Source: Monocercomonoides exilis PA203
Lineage: Eukaryota > Protista > Preaxostyla
Reading direction: 5' to 3'
DNA: 64,000 nucleotides
Assembly: GCA_001643675.2 (NCBI GenBank)
Contig: LSRY02000055.1
Coordinates: forward strand, 248,001-312,000
The position numbers were made by a program, and so were the translations under genes. Positions 38,048 to 52,030 of the stretch are shown here, piece after piece. How positions within the stretch are numbered: the stretch's first letter is position 1; each line of letters starts with the position of its first letter. The notes under the pieces were generated by a model. The model saw nothing but the letters and a program-made list of their open reading frames with translations, did not search any database and had not been told where the DNA came from.

Positions 38048-39991
38048 ATGTTGAGTTTGTTGTTCATTGTGGGAATCGCGTCATGTGTTGAAGCAGTTAG
38101 TGGTGTGAGTGTGTTTAAAGGGAGTTTGGTGGTTAAAAATGCATCAGTTGAGTTAAATCAAATTTCATTGGAGAATGATGATAATTGTTGTTTGGTGTGT
38201 GGAAGGAAAGGGAGCGTGGTTGTGGTGAGGGGGTGTGTTGTGGGGATGGGGAAGGACGTTGAGGGAGGGGCATTTGATCTGAGTGGGAGCATTGGGGTGT
38301 TGAGGAACATCACATTGAAAGGGTGGAGAAGAGGGGGAGAGATATACTCGGGAAGGCTGTTTGGAGGGAAGGGATATGGAAGGGAGAAGGGTGGAGGTGA
38401 AGAAAAAGCGAGTGAAGGAGGAGAAAGAGGAAGGGGAAGGGGAAGAGGAAGAGAAGGAGATGGAGAAGGCATTGAAGGGAGCATTTCGGTGAGTGAATCA
38501 CGATTCTCTTCTTTTTGTGTCTCATCAGCCCCATTCCTCTCATCCCCTTCCATTCCCCTAATATCCCTCTCTCATTTGACATTTTTCAACATCTCAACAG
38601 CAAATGATGCATGCTCACCTTCGACCGCAATGTCAACCAAAACCACTTGTATGATGATCAGTTGCTCATTTTCATCGGTTTGCGATGCATATGATGGAGG
38701 AATTGTCCCTTCTCTGAACAATCCCTATGCCTCTCTGACAGCCTCAAACACATCATTCATTGGATGCTGCCGGACAAGAAACGTTGTTTGCGAAGGAAAT
38801 GCAGAGGCACCATTGAAGCCAGACAGACAGAACGAAACGTTCAATGGAGCAAACACATTCACTTGGTGTGAGTGGAGCGGTTCGAGGACAACAGGAGAAA
38901 GCGATTCCGTTACGGACGGGGTATCGAGTGGAGGGGCAATCTGTATGTACAATCTCAATTCTGGAGAACTTTCAGTTTCGCATTGTTCATTCAATGACTG
39001 CACTGCATACTACCATGGGGGAGCAGTCATGTGCCATGCAATCAAGACGATCAAAATGGTGAGCAATGTGTTTAATTCGTGCACAGCACAAAACTATGGC
39101 GGGGGAGGTATGTATGCTTGCGAAATACGTTCATGTGCCCTTGTCAGTGGGTGCGACTTCCAGATGTGCAAGGCTCGTATCGATGGAGGAGGGTTGAGAT
39201 TGTACAATTTTCAGGTTTCAGGATCTGGATGCATTGGAACAGAAAATGGAGAAGGAGGGAGCTCGTGTGTATTTGACTGCAGTTTCACTTCGTGTTCACT
39301 GACATCGACTTGGGGTGGAGGAATGTATTGTCACACTGTTCCTGCAGCATTCAAAATGAGGAGCATTCAGTTTATTTCATGTTCAGCATCTGCAAATGGA
39401 GGAGGATTGAGATTTAATCCGCTTCAAGCAACTGCACCGTGCGATGGAATCTATTGTTATTTCCTGTTCTTTCACGAATGCAAATGTTCGGCCAATTCTC
39501 CACTTGGACATGATGTTGAATATGCAGATCATTACAGTCTTTATTTGGGTTCAGGAAATCCATTTCATGAATGTTATACCACAAACACAGATGACCAGAG
39601 AGTGTGTTATGCGTATAATTACTCGAATGCAGGTGCCTGGAAATTTGATCAAACATCAAAAAAGACGTGGCTGAACGAATGGTCGAAGGTTCTGTTTGTG
39701 GGGGTGAATGGTAAGGACTCGAGTGGGATGTGTGGAATGGGCGAATCGGCTCCATGCCAGACGGTGGGACACGCAGTGGAGACGGGCTTGGAAGAGCTGA
39801 GCTTATCAGTCACGCTGCTGGATGGAAATCATCAAAATGAGGCAACAACGATTGAGATTAAGGAAAAGAAGATTTCTGTCATTGGGACGGGCAAAAATAA
39901 AAATTCGATTGGAACAAAAACGAATTTAAACCGTTCATTCTCCTCCTCTCCATCTGGTTGCTATTTCTTCTTCCTTCAAATTTTCCTCTAA
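38048..39991 (+). CDS. Beta-helix surface protein copy 6; ATG and signal peptide present, C-terminus apparently truncated
   Basis: 647-aa ORF starting MLSLLFIVGIASCVEA. Its upstream region is nearly identical (inverted) to that of copy 1. Confidence 0.8.
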   Translation: MLSLLFIVGIASCVEAVSGVSVFKGSLVVKNASVELNQISLENDDNCCLVCGRKGSVVVVRGCVVGMGKDVEGGAFDLSGSIGVLRNITLKGWRRGGEIYSGRLFGGKGYGREKGGGEEKASEGGERGRGRGRGREGDGEGIEGSISVSESRFSSFCVSSAPFLSSPSIPLISLSHLTFFNISTANDACSPSTAMSTKTTCMMISCSFSSVCDAYDGGIVPSLNNPYASLTASNTSFIGCCRTRNVVCEGNAEAPLKPDRQNETFNGANTFTWCEWSGSRTTGESDSVTDGVSSGGAICMYNLNSGELSVSHCSFNDCTAYYHGGAVMCHAIKTIKMVSNVFNSCTAQNYGGGGMYACEIRSCALVSGCDFQMCKARIDGGGLRLYNFQVSGSGCIGTENGEGGSSCVFDCSFTSCSLTSTWGGGMYCHTVPAAFKMRSIQFISCSASANGGGLRFNPLQATAPCDGIYCYFLFFHECKCSANSPLGHDVEYADHYSLYLGSGNPFHECYTTNTDDQRVCYAYNYSNAGAWKFDQTSKKTWLNEWSKVLFVGVNGKDSSGMCGMGESAPCQTVGHAVETGLEELSLSVTLLDGNHQNEATTIEIKEKKISVIGTGKNKNSIGTKTNLNRSFSSSPSGCYFFFLQIFL

Positions 39992-41749
39992 AAATTGTTC
40001 ACTGCCAATTAGGTTAATTTCATAGCAATTTTAGATCTTCAAGAATCTTGTTTTCAATATCCATTCTCTTGTTATTTTTACCAAGAAAATATTTGAGATA
40101 ACGAAGAAGGAGGAGCAGAAAGACAGAATCAGAGATTTGTTGTTCTTGCTAATTGTGAAGGATATGCTTAATATTCATTTGTTCTTTCCAACTTTTTCAT
40201 CAATAATTTTTTTTGTTCAAAAAAAGCTTCTTATCCCTCTTTTTATTCCTCATTTTCTTCTTCATCCTCATCTCAATTTGTTATTCTTTCTTTTCCTTTT
40301 CTTTCCTTTTATTTCCTTGTGTTATCTTTTATTATTGTTCTTTTATCAACTTAAACTGAATAACAATGATATTTTTTTTACTTTTTCTTTATTGGATGAA
40401 AATTGATTGGAACAACACATGTCGATTGAACGACATATTGTGTGAGAAAAAACAAAAAATCAAAACAAAGGAGAAAACAAAAGAAAACAATGTTGAATGT
40501 AATGGAGAAATAGGATTGTCCATTTTAAGGAAAGCTTTTCAGCTCCAAATGGCTATTCGATGCATCGGCTGGCTAAAAATATAAGCATGTGTGATAATAA
40601 AATTCAATCTGTTGATCAAATAATGTTGGCGAAAGCCAAAAACAAAAATCTGTTTGACAAAAATGAAAAAAGTGAAACAAAAATGGAAACAATAACAATT
40701 GAAGTGCTGGATTGAATATCACTGCTGCATTTCCCATGATGAGCATCATAAAACACATTTCGCTCTTCATCAATAATCCCGTGCCAGCAGCAAAAATCGC
40801 ATCAAAATGGTTACCTTTCCCATCTTATTGGTAATGCCCTCTTTCCATTCGGCAGTCGTTCCTCTGTTCCTTCAGCAAAATGTATCTCGTTCATTCCCTC
40901 TTTCTTCTTCCCTCTTCCCTCTTCCCTCTTCCCTCTTCCCTTCATCCTCCATTCATCCAGTCCTCTCTCACAGCACACTTTCAGCTGGTGCTGTGCGTAA
41001 AAGAATGTGGATGAAATTGCACCGAATAAATAGCACTGAATGACAAATGCACTCGTTTCCAACTGCCTTTCCGGTTCTTCATTTTTGTGATCGAATTGTT
41101 CTTATTGTTCTTCACTCATTCCTTCATTTTCCTTGCTGCTCTTTGAGCCTTCCTTTTCCTTTCTCCTATGCCTCCCAATCTGTTCATTCTCCATGGCACC
41201 TTAGTCGCCAAATCCTGTTGTTTCCTTAAAGAATTCAGTTCTTGCCTTTGAAAAAAAAGATAGCCATGTTGAAAAGAAATATCGTGTTAATTGTGCTTTT
41301 CTTCTTCTTTTCTGATGAAAAATCAACAGATAAAATAAATTGAATAATAAAATAAATAAACCAATAAAACAAACAAACAAACCTTCAAACATCATCAATT
41401 TGAATGTCTCTTCACCCATTTTCCCCCTTTCCATTGCAAAGATCAAACGAATATTTCGTCCCATCTTCATTTCTTCATCCAAATTGCTTGGCTGCTTCCT
41501 CCTCAATAAAGAAAACAATTGGCGAATAACACTCTTCATCCATCTCTCTGCCTCAGTCGCCTTCTTCTGATCTGTCATTGAAATGTGATTGAAACAAACA
41601 ACGAAGAAATAATTTCATTTTCGTTATAAGAACTTTTTTGAGTGAATCAGTGAAGAATGATGATGTTGTTGTTGAAGATGGCCTCATATTCCAAAAAATG
41701 CAGCAATCAAATAGAACCAATGATGGCAGGGGAAGGATATTTATCATTG

Positions 41750-42680
41750 ATTGAATGGCAAATGGCAGTCTCTTTGTCTTTTCATATCGTTTCTTTGGAA
41801 AAGTTTCTCCATTGAGGCTGAAATAGGTGGTTGAGCAATGAATATGGTGAAGAAATATGTAGAATTTCTTTGTAGGAGGACAATAATATGCTTGGTCGAA
41901 AATCATGTTCCGAGGCTCCAACAAGGCTTCTTTGGAGGGAACGGAGAATTACTCAAAAAGGATCAGTGAAAAATCATCAAGAACCAATCTCCAAAAATGC
42001 TTGCGAAAAGCTTCATCAGCTCAATCCGTGATACGAATTATTGCATTTCGCTCATATGTGAGGACAAACAAATCGCTTTGTTCAAATCAACGGAGAAATT
42101 GTGGCAAGCAACTAAAAAATCGTCATTGGCACAAGTCGGCAAAGGCTTCGAAGAGAAAATATCGGATATACGCTTGATCATGTAGCAATACTCCAAATAT
42201 TCTCATTCCACGTGGTTTGTGAGAGATTCTGTTCTGCGATGTTTTGTAAAAAAAAAAATAAATTCAAATACAGCATCGGTTGTTGTCCAAAAAAAAAAGT
42301 ATTTGAAATCCATGCGGCAGAATTCATGTTTGGCGATATGCAACCAGTATTTCGAACAATCGCACACAATCTTGAGTGTTCGTGAAAATATCTCGTTTCT
42401 TGTAGTTTCCCCTCCTTTCATCCAAAATACAAATTGGAAAGGTTCGCTGAAGCTGCTCATGCGCCAGACTCTGTTGGTGGATGCCCAGTAACTGTGAGTG
42501 TCTTATTGTGGAACAACTGCAGAAACAAACAGAATGAGGAAATTCAGTGATTTCGATACAAAACTGTTTATTGTTCGTTTGAAAGAAGACATGACATTTT
42601 CGGTAATGAAGCACCTGGCAAACCTCTCCATTCTGCTCGCGATGTCACGTCGTTGCTCAAGAAGTATTCGGTGTTTCTGG
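41750..42680 (+). pseudogene. Decayed coding remnant, family not recognised
   Basis: Consecutive same-frame ORF fragments 41997-42185, 42219-42491 and 42498-42740 separated by single stops. Higher GC than flanks. Confidence 0.3.
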
Positions 42681-43723
42681 AGAAAAAAAATAAGTTTTGT
42701 TCTCACCAAATCACATTCCAACTTATATTTCGATCAATAAATTCGAAAAAAATAATCAATCCACTTGAATTCAACAAAAAATAAAGATAATAAATTATTA
42801 TTAATTGTGATTATTGTTGATAGTAGTTTGGTTGCAAAAAGCGAGTTTTGTATTGGTTTCTTTTTTGTGAAAAAAAAAATATATTTGAAAAATTAGAAAT
42901 AGATAACATTTCTTTTCATTTGGACAAGATAACAGTGAATCCGCAAACCGTGATATCAAAAACTCTTTGTCTAAATATTTTGTTGATTTGAACAAAAAAA
43001 TCATATTTTTCATTTTTTGATTTGAAAGAATAACAGTGATTCAGAAAATAAAACATTCTTCAACAAGAAGAATAAACTAATTTTAATTTTGAAAAAATGA
43101 AATATTTGATTTGAATGATTTATTGAACTGAGAACATATTTCCTGATAAAAATCCATTAGAAATTGAAATTTTGTACTCCGTCGAGTTCAGTAGTATTAT
43201 CTCTTCAAGGTTGAAACATTATTTCAGTTCAGTCAATGACAAGGAGAATGAATGACAGAAAGAAATATGAGATAAAATATGGAACTTCAATCACTTTTTA
43301 TAAAAAATACGAATAGTGAATAAAATTTATAGTTTTTAAAAAAAAACACTTCTGATAAAAATTGTTTGAAAAACACATATTTCTTGTTTCCAAACAATAT
43401 TTCATCACAGTTCTTGTATTTCATAACAAACATGAAAAGTCGATTTATTTATGAGTTCCAGCCAGAATATTGAATTTATTTGGAGAAAAGAGCTTTTGAT
43501 GAATTGTGAAAAAAAAATGCTTGAAAATCAATCTTTTTTCTGAACTCGGATATTTGTTTTGCACCCGAATTAATTTCTGGAAATATTGGTGGTTTCAACA
43601 AAAAATGATTGTTTCACAGAAAATGAAGATTTCCTTTGGATGAACTCAACACATATTCACACATTAGTTATTTGAAAGAGAAAATCATTTCAAACAAATT
43701 GATTTTTTTTTTTATTTTGAATA

Positions 43724-43980
43724 TGTGTGATTCTTTTTGATTTCATATTTTTCCTATCAAAATATTGGAATCAACAATTTGTCGCAAATACAAATGAATC
43801 TATCTAATATTGAAATGAAAATCATAAATGAACTTTTCTGTCTTTCAATGACAATGTGTGTTTGGAAGATAATGATTTGAAAACATGTTACGCTTTTTTG
43901 AAAATTCTAGTGCAAATAACTGTGAATCAGAATATGACACATTCCCCGAAAAATGTTTTGATTTCAAAAACAATCACTCA
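43724..43980. mobile_element. 257-bp MITE-like element with TGTGTGATT.TTTTTGA.TCA terminal inverted repeats
   Basis: TGTGTGATTCTTTTTGATTTCATA at 43724 vs the inverted TGAGTGATTGTTTTTGAAATCAAA ending at 43980. Both ends are homologous to 54743-55001. Confidence 0.55.
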
Positions 43981-45069
43981 AATTTTCATTTGAATGTTTT
44001 CCTCTATTTAACCGTTTATATATTGATTGAACTCTTGTGTTTCAGTTGAGTGTTCGAAAAGAAGTGAGAAAACAAAAACACTCAATCCATTCAAAAAATA
44101 ACAAACAAATAACAAAGATCATTTTCAACTCAATGAGAGATTCAGCCAGGTCGTATGGATGATTATTTTTGATATCACAATTCTCATCCATGATTGTTAT
44201 TCAACAAAAACAGCTTCATTCGAATGAACACCTGACATTTCTTTTCAAATTTTTTGAATGTGTTTTAAAAAAAAAAATTTTTTTTTGTTTCAGGCACAAT
44301 TCAATTGATGATTTGAAAAAAAGAAAAGAAAAAGAAAACTCGTAATATGCGTATATTTTTTTTGAACAAAACAATAACATGTCATTAAGTCTGAAATAAT
44401 AATCAACATTCTGAAAATGTTGCTAATTTACATTCTTTCATCGAATCGTCTGTTTTATTTTAATCCTTCTTTGAATTCACTTGTTAAAAAAATATAAGAA
44501 ACAAGAATCAAACCAATTCATTTATTATTTGTAATCGAAAATAGAAATAATTTTTTCAAATATCTCTTCTTTGATAAAAAAGGAATGAAAGATCACATTT
44601 GAAAATTCAATAAAACAAGCAAACAAATGAGTTATAAAGACAATGATGAAAACAATAATTCAAGAAATAAGACAATTCTGTTGAAGATGAACAAGAATAA
44701 TTGTCAAAGTATGAAATTCTTATACCTATGTGTAATATTCACAAGATGATGAAAAATTCATAAAAAAGAACAACTTGGGATATTTCTTTTTCAACAATTT
44801 TTTCTCTTTTCTTGAACTCAAAAAATGGCACTGAATAGGTTTTTCTTCTTTCCTTCCTTTTTCATTTATTCTTAAAAATAATAAATATTTGAATTTTTGA
44901 AAAATTATTTCTTTTTTTTCATCATACAAAAAATCCATAAAAATCAAAATGAAATGAAAACAATATGCATTTGAAAACAAAACTCCAAATATTTAAATAA
45001 CAAAAATTTGCAAATCAAATCGTTTTTGTAATAAAATTGTAAATTTTTTAATTTAATATTTTTCTCCAT

Positions 45070-46650
45070 TTATAATATGACTAACTTGCTTCTTGAATAA
45101 AGTGGAAATGTCCCACTTTTATCAGGCACCACAGCCACACTCGGCGAAGAAGGATTTGCATTTGAGTTGCAGTCAACCTTCATGTGCAATAAGCCAAGGC
45201 TTCCTGTTGACACACTGAACAACGCTCCTGCTGCTGATGGTGATGAAAGTGCTCCTGTTCCAATCGAACTTGTTTCCCTTCCTCTCCCAATGACCGAAAT
45301 CTTCTTTGACCCAATCTCAATTGTTGTTGCCTCGCTTTGATGATCCCCTTCCATCAGAGTGATTGTCAAGCTAATCTGCACCTCACACATCTCAAACGCT
45401 TTCTTCACTGTCAGACACGGATTTGACTCATTTGACCCGCATAGCTCATTCAGATCATTCCCATTCACAGAAACTAATATCGTCTTGTCCTTCAGCCAAT
45501 CCTTTTTTGATGTTTGATCAAATGTCCAGGCACCTGCATCAGCATAATTGTATGCAAAGCAGATCCTCTTATCGTTTGTGTTTGTGGTGTAGCATTCATG
45601 AAACGGATTTCCTGAACCCAAATACAGATTGTATGTATCGACATACTCAACATCATGCCCGTATGGATTAGTTGCATCTCTGCATCTGCATTCGTGAAAG
45701 AACAAAAAATAGCAATAAGTTCCATTGCTGGGCTTTTCTGTTTTTTCTGGCTTGAAGAACAATCCTCCGCCTTCTCTTAATGCTGAACATGAAATGAACT
45801 GAATGCTCCTCATTTTCAATAAAACAGGAACATATTGACAAAGCATGCCCCCACCAGCAGTATTTGCAACAGAGCATGAAGTGAAACAGCAGTCAAACAC
45901 ACACGCACTCTCCCCTTCTCCTATTTCTTCTCCAATGCATCCTGTTTCTGAAACCTGAAAATTTTCAAAAAGAAGTCCACCTCCTAAGCCACTAGCTTTA
46001 CAATTCTGGAAATCACAACCGCTGATCCGAGCACATGTTGAAACAGAGCTGATATACATTCCTCCTCCATATTGATTTTGTGCTGTACAGGCATTGAACA
46101 CATTATTTTCGATATGCACAGTCTTGATTGTATGACACATAATCCCACCCCCACGGCTGTATGCAAAACAGTTATTAAACAGACAATTCGAAACTGAAAG
46201 TTCTCCATTTCCCTTGTTGTACATGCAGATAGCCCCGCCACTCGATTTTCCATCTGAAACAGAATCGCTTTCTCCTGTTGTCTTCGATCCGTTCCACTCG
46301 CACCAAGTGAATGAATTTGCTCCATTATCTGTTGTGTTTTGCCTCTCTGGAGTCAACTTTCTATCTGCAGTTCCAATGCATTCAACGTTTCTTGTCCGAC
46401 AACATCCAACGAATGAGGTGTTTGAAACAGACAAAGAGGCATAGGGATTGTTGAGGGAATGAACAATCCCTCCATCATATGCATCACATACTGATGAGAA
46501 TGAGCAGCTACTCATAAAACATGATGTTTGGGTTGACATTGTGGTTGGAGGTGAACATGCATCATTTGCTGTTGAGACGTTGAAAAATGTGAGTTGTGAG
46601 GAGGAAACAAGGAGCATTGAGGGAGTTGAAAGAAATAGGGCTTGATTCAC
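45070..46650 (-). pseudogene. Beta-helix surface protein copy 7: open core cassette, no signal peptide
   Basis: 526 open codons from a GTG. A frameshifting deletion after SVSES separates it from the decayed 5' part. Confidence 0.7.
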
Positions 46651-47631
46651 TCACCGAACATTTCCTTTCCCTCTCTCATTTTCCATAAGCCTACTATGCC
46701 TCTCAACGAGTTATTCATCAAGATTCAAATGAGCCTGAGCTCCCTTTTCCTGCATCTTCTCCTGCTTCTGAAATGCATATCCCCAAAAGAAAAGTATCTT
46801 TTTCCTTCAGTTCCACCAAATGCAAACGGATCTCCAATGCTATTTGTCGTCTGTTTTTCCCCACATCCCTTTTTGGCTGTTGCAATCGCCTCCTTTTTTC
46901 CATTCCAGATTCTCTTCAAAAGCCATCTCTCCTCATTCCATATCCATGCATTGGCATTGAAACATTTGCATTCAATATTCTTGCAATGACTCCAACTTCG
47001 TAAATATAATATTAGAAATATTGAAAAAAAAATATTAATAAAATAATACAAGAACCAAACCTTTGCATTAAATATGTCAACTCTTCACACATTTTCACTT
47101 TCCTAATTCTCTCCTTCTCCAAGTATTGTTACTTTCTGCCAACAACATCCAGCTGATCTGCCTCCGCTGTCTATCTTATTGCCATTATCATCACTTCCCT
47201 TCTGCTCAAAAAAATATTGCTTATTACTAATCCTCTGCTCAACTTCCATTAGAATAATTCCAATAACAAAAATATAAATATTGACAAAGCACATGAAGAC
47301 GAAGACGAAGACGAAGACGATGATGATGAAGACCAAAAAAAAAGTATTTTAGCTAATGTTTGACAAAAAGGTTATGATAAAAAAGTTATGATGAAAAAGT
47401 TTGTGATGATAAATACGCATTTAGCACTGCCTTCACAATTTGAAGTATCAACAAATGCTCTGATTCTGTCTTACTGCTCCTCCTTCTTCGTTATCTCAAA
47501 TATCTGTTCGGAAAAAATAACAAGAGAAGAGATATTGAAAATAAGATTCTTGAAGATTTAAAATTGTTATGAAAAGAATTGAAGCTGTTGAATCACTTTT
47601 TCTCGAGGATAAATAATAAATAGGGAGAAGT

Positions 47632-49091
47632 TCATGATGAAAATGATGAGGAAGAAGATGATGATGAAAGTGCTCCTGTTCCAATCAAACTCTCCGTCCT
47701 TTCTTTCCCAATGACTGAAATCTTCTTTTCTCCAATATCAATCGTTGTTGTCTCGCTTATGTGATCCCCTTCCAGCAGCGTGACTGACAGGCTCACCTGG
47801 ATCACGCTCTTTTCAACTGCAACACCGATGGTTCGGCATGCACTTGACTCATCCAATCCACACAGATCGTCTTCGCCACCACCACTCACTGCCACAAATC
47901 GATTGAGAATCCCTCTCTTCAGCCAATCCCACTTTTCTGTGTGATAGAACGACCAACCCTTGGAATCCGTATAATCATATCCGTAGCACACTCTCTTCTC
48001 ATCTGCATTTGTGGTGTAACATTCATAGAACGGATTATTAGAAGATAAAAAGACACTGTAGTGATCATGATACATTACATCATGGCCGTAAGATGGGTTG
48101 TTAGAACATTTGCACTCGTGGAAAAAAAGGAAATAACAATAGATTCCATCATCGGGTGCGGTTTGTCTGTATGGATACAATCTCATTCCTCCACCATATG
48201 CAGTTGCAGAGCAAGAAATGAACTGAATGCTCCTCATTTTGAATGCAGCTGGAACAGTAGCGCAATACATGCCTCCACCAAAATTATTTGTAACCGAACA
48301 TGATGTGAAACAGCAGTCAAACACGCACGCACTCTCTCCTCCCTCATTTTCTGTTGGAATGCATCCTGTTCCTGAAACATTAAAATTATCAAGATAAAGT
48401 CCTCCTCCATAATTAACTGCTTTGCAATCCTTGAATTCACATCCGCTGATCCGAACACACGATGAAATCGTCAAAATGAACATTCCACCCCTCGATAACT
48501 TTGCGCAGTGCATGAATCAAATGTGTTATTCACAATCTCAACAGACTTAATATTGTAGCAATTTATTCCGCCGCCTGCATAATGAGCATAGCAGTTGCTG
48601 AAAGTGCAATGAGAAACAGACACAGAGGCAGATGATTGACTGAACATGCAGATAGCCCCGCCACTCGATTTTCCATCTGAAACAGAATCATTTTCTCCTG
48701 TTGTTCTCGAACCATCCCATTCACACCAAGTGAATGTATTAGCTCCGTTGAATGTTTCATTCTGTCTCCCAGGAGTCAACTTTCTATCTGCAGTTCCAAT
48801 GCATTCAACGTTTCTTGTCCGACAACACCCAACGAATGATGTATTTGAAACAGACAAAGAGGCATAGGGATTGTTGAGGGAATGAACAATCCCACCATCA
48901 TACATATCGCAAACTGATGAAAAGGAGCAACTGCTCATCGGACATGTGGTTTGGGTTGACATAGTCGTTAAAGGCAAACATGCCTCATTTGCTGTTGAGG
49001 TGTTGAAAAATGTCAGATGTGAGAGGGATATTAGGGGAATGGAAGGCGATGAGAAAAATTGGAAAAAATAGGAAAAGTGTGATTCGCTCAC
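47632..49091 (-). pseudogene. Beta-helix surface protein copy 8 (mirror of copy 11); 1-nt homopolymer frameshift near 48490
   Basis: ORFs 48471-49091 and 47632-48513 together equal 61866-63326. C4 here vs G5 at 62466-70. Confidence 0.7.
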
Positions 49092-49984
49092 TGAAACACT
49101 TCCTTCTGTGCATCCTTCTCTTTCCCTTGCCTCTTAGCACCATGCCAAAAAATATCTCAATATAGTTGTATCATTTTTTCTGCTTCTTCTTCCCCTTCTG
49201 ATCATCATGGCTTCCACACATCTCTTTTTTTCCTTCTGTTTCCGTTTTCTTCCTTCTTTCCATATTCCATTCGCATTCATCCCTTTTGAATATTCATGCA
49301 AAAGTCCCTGTCATCATTGAAAATAAAAATATAAAAAATACATAAAATTGATATTAAAAATATCACAAACCAGTACCTTTTTCTTTTTGCATTCTTCTTC
49401 CTTTTCTTCATCTTCATTTCCATCTTGACTTCCTGTCACATTTCTTCTTCAGCCATTTCCTCAATTTTCCGATTACTCTTTTCCGTCGCTTCCCCTTCTT
49501 CTTTTTCAAATCGCTGCACAAATCTTCAAAGGTCTCCTCTTCCATTCATTTCAGTTAACACCTCTGGCTCATTCTTCAATATTCTCAAATTTTTTGTCAT
49601 TGCCTGATTTCTCAAAAGCATCCAACGTGCTCTTTTTCCCATGTTCATTCGTTGCCTGAAAGCATCCTTCCATAAATCTTAATCCCTCAAAAAAATAAAA
49701 AAAATAAATATGTGAAAAATTTGAGAAAAAAAAATAATATAAAACAAACTCTAAAAATATATTTATTGCCAATCTTCACACACTTTCTTCTTCTTCTTGA
49801 GCCTCTCAAATTATTGTTCTTTTCTGCCAACAAAACTCGCCTTTTTTGCTTCTGCTGCCTGTTTCATTGCCAATGAAATCGATTCTGTTCTGCTTCCAAA
49901 AACTAGCTCACTTCCAATCCTCGGAACTGCACTCATCGGAATATCCTCTTTTATTCGAATCTTTCGAAAAGGCGGAGAAGGTGG

Positions 49985-50072
49985 AGAAGACGAAGAAGAT
50001 AAAGAAGAAGAAGAAGAAGAAGAAGAAGAAGAAGAAGAAGAAAAAGAAGAAAAAGAAGAAGAAGAAGAAGAA

Positions 50073-50111
<39 letters not shown>

Positions 50112-50230
50112 GATGAAGATGAAGAAGAATAAGAATAAGAAGAAGAATAAGAAGAAGAAGATGATGAAGGAGATGAAGGCGAAGAAGACGAGGAAGGCGA
50201 TGAAGGAGATGAAGGCGAAGAAGATAAAGA
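49985..50230 (+). repeat. (GAA)n/(GAT)n compound trinucleotide repeat, polypurine-biased
   Basis: Direct reading; mirrored at ~60725-60975 with one extra unit. Confidence 0.9.
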
Positions 50231-50399
50231 CGAATATGATAATGGACAAGTAGGATGAAATTTATGTAATTTCATTTGTCAAGGAGGTGCATATGAAAAA
50301 AATGATGGAGAAGAATTCGATGATAGCAATGAAGTAGATGAAGGAGATGAAGATGAGGATGAAGAAGGAGAAGAAGGCGAAGATGGAGAAGAAGGTAAA

Positions 50400-52030
50400 G
50401 AAGGCGAAGAAGGCGAAGTTATTTTCAAGTTTGAATACTGTATATCTTCTGACAGAAGATATTCTCAGCATCGCAGCCTCGTTCTCTGTTCTTGTGGACA
50501 ACCCTTCGATGATAGAAGGCTGAAGACAAAGGTTAAATGACTCAAATCCATTTTGCCTGTAATTTGCCTCCAGCTGCCTGTATAACGCTAAGCCGCCTGT
50601 TTTCCTCGTATTTTCGCCTCTCAAGTCAAGCAATCAAATGCTGTTCCATCGCTCCCCTCAATCCATAAAATCAATGTCTTGCCCTTCTTATTCCAAGAAA
50701 TGCTCCTTGTTCTGTCCCAACTGCTGCTAATCTCTGTTTCAGTCATCGGCCCCAATCTCTCCAACAATGCTTTTTCTGAAAAAATCCCACCCTCATTAAA
50801 AAACGTTCCCTTTTCATAGAGATTGATCATTCTTCCTTTTTTAGCTTTGGATATCTTCCAACCCTGTTGATTTCCGCTCCATCAGAATTCATTTTTCATC
50901 GTATTTCCATATGCCACATGTTGAGTCCATAAAAAGTTGCATAAACATTTATGATAAAATACATTCTGGCTCTAATATATTTGTAAGATAACATTTAGCT
51001 CGCTTCCTCGCTGTTCTCCTCTGCATGGAATAAATTGTCCATTTTTAATAAATCGTCTGAATCACCACTTTGGAGAGGATACGGATGGAAATATCTTCAC
51101 AACAAATAGAACAATTTAAAATACATACATTGAAAATTCTTCATTTCCATCGAAAATATTGTTGCTCCACAGCCATCCATCAATCAATATGAACAATTTC
51201 ATCTTCCATCAAGCAAACATTCTTTTGTAATACCCTACCTTTTCACTGGAAATATTTCACTTGGTCAACCTGCCTTTGCTTTAGCTTCGGAGACTCACTC
51301 CGTTGACAGTTTCTGAGCATTTGGCATTTCTTGATCATGTTCCATAACGAATAAGAGCCACAAAAGAAAAGGAGCACAACTCGATGTGTCGTTGCTGAAT
51401 GGGCATATGAAGACAATGCGATAACAAAGGGATGGATTTATGGTGTGGGGTGATGGAGCTGAGTTTTTGGAGGAAACAGGGTTACGAAGGGGAAAGGAGC
51501 GATAAAAGAATATTTATTGTGGAAAAGAGGTGTTTTTGGGAGGTTTAAGAGGCAAAATGGATGTTTGGGAGATGGATAGGGATGGAGTTTTGAGGGGTTG
51601 TTTTTTCGATTTTTGTGAGTTGGAAGGTGTTTAGGCAGTGTTAATTATTTGAGAAAAGGAATTTAATGTGGAGGAGGTGGGATAAGAGGGGGAAACAAGA
51701 AGGGCAGAAGATGGGTAGAGTGAATGGAATATATTTATCGGAGGGGAGGATTCGAGATGGAGAGATATGGGGGGAAGATGTTATTTTTTCAAATGCAGGG
51801 AGAGAGAGGAGGGTTCATATGAGGCGGAACAAAGAGAAGAGTTTTTGCGGATGTATGTTTGATAAGAAAGGGAAGTGGGGTTGAAGAAAAAAAGTGAAGA
51901 AAAATTTTTTCATATTTTTATATAAATTATTGGATGGACCCTTTGGACGCGCCAGGTATTTGAAGGGCAAGGGATGGAGGTGGAGGTGGAGGAAGACGGG
52001 AAGAAGGAACATCAGCGCTGGCGCTTTGCA
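50400..52030. repeat. Conserved spacer block, copy C
   Basis: Direct homology to 20900-22560. Confidence 0.9.

Larger units (their letters stand above)
17900..39950. repeat. Palindrome P1 (axis ~29,221): near-identical arms 23911-28837 / 29605-34530 inside more diverged, mosaic outer arms (e.g. ~19470-20620 / ~37335-38480; ~21840-22600 / ~35540-36300)
   Basis: Mirror ORF coordinate sums are nearly constant: 26567+31878=28027+30418=58445 and 25119+33323=58442. Outer pair 19897+38048=57945. Confirmed by reverse-complement reading at multiple points. Confidence 0.95.

Noticed and set aside
41750-42740. Tyrosine recombinase/DIRS remnant
   Set aside because: No R-H-R-H-Y catalytic motifs or RT motifs could be identified in any frame.
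49797-50275. Poly-E/D, poly-S, poly-K/M and poly-F/I ORFs (and mirrors at 60680-61161, similar at 20372-21063)
   Set aside because: These are translations of trinucleotide repeats that are open in several frames, with no evidence of coding function.
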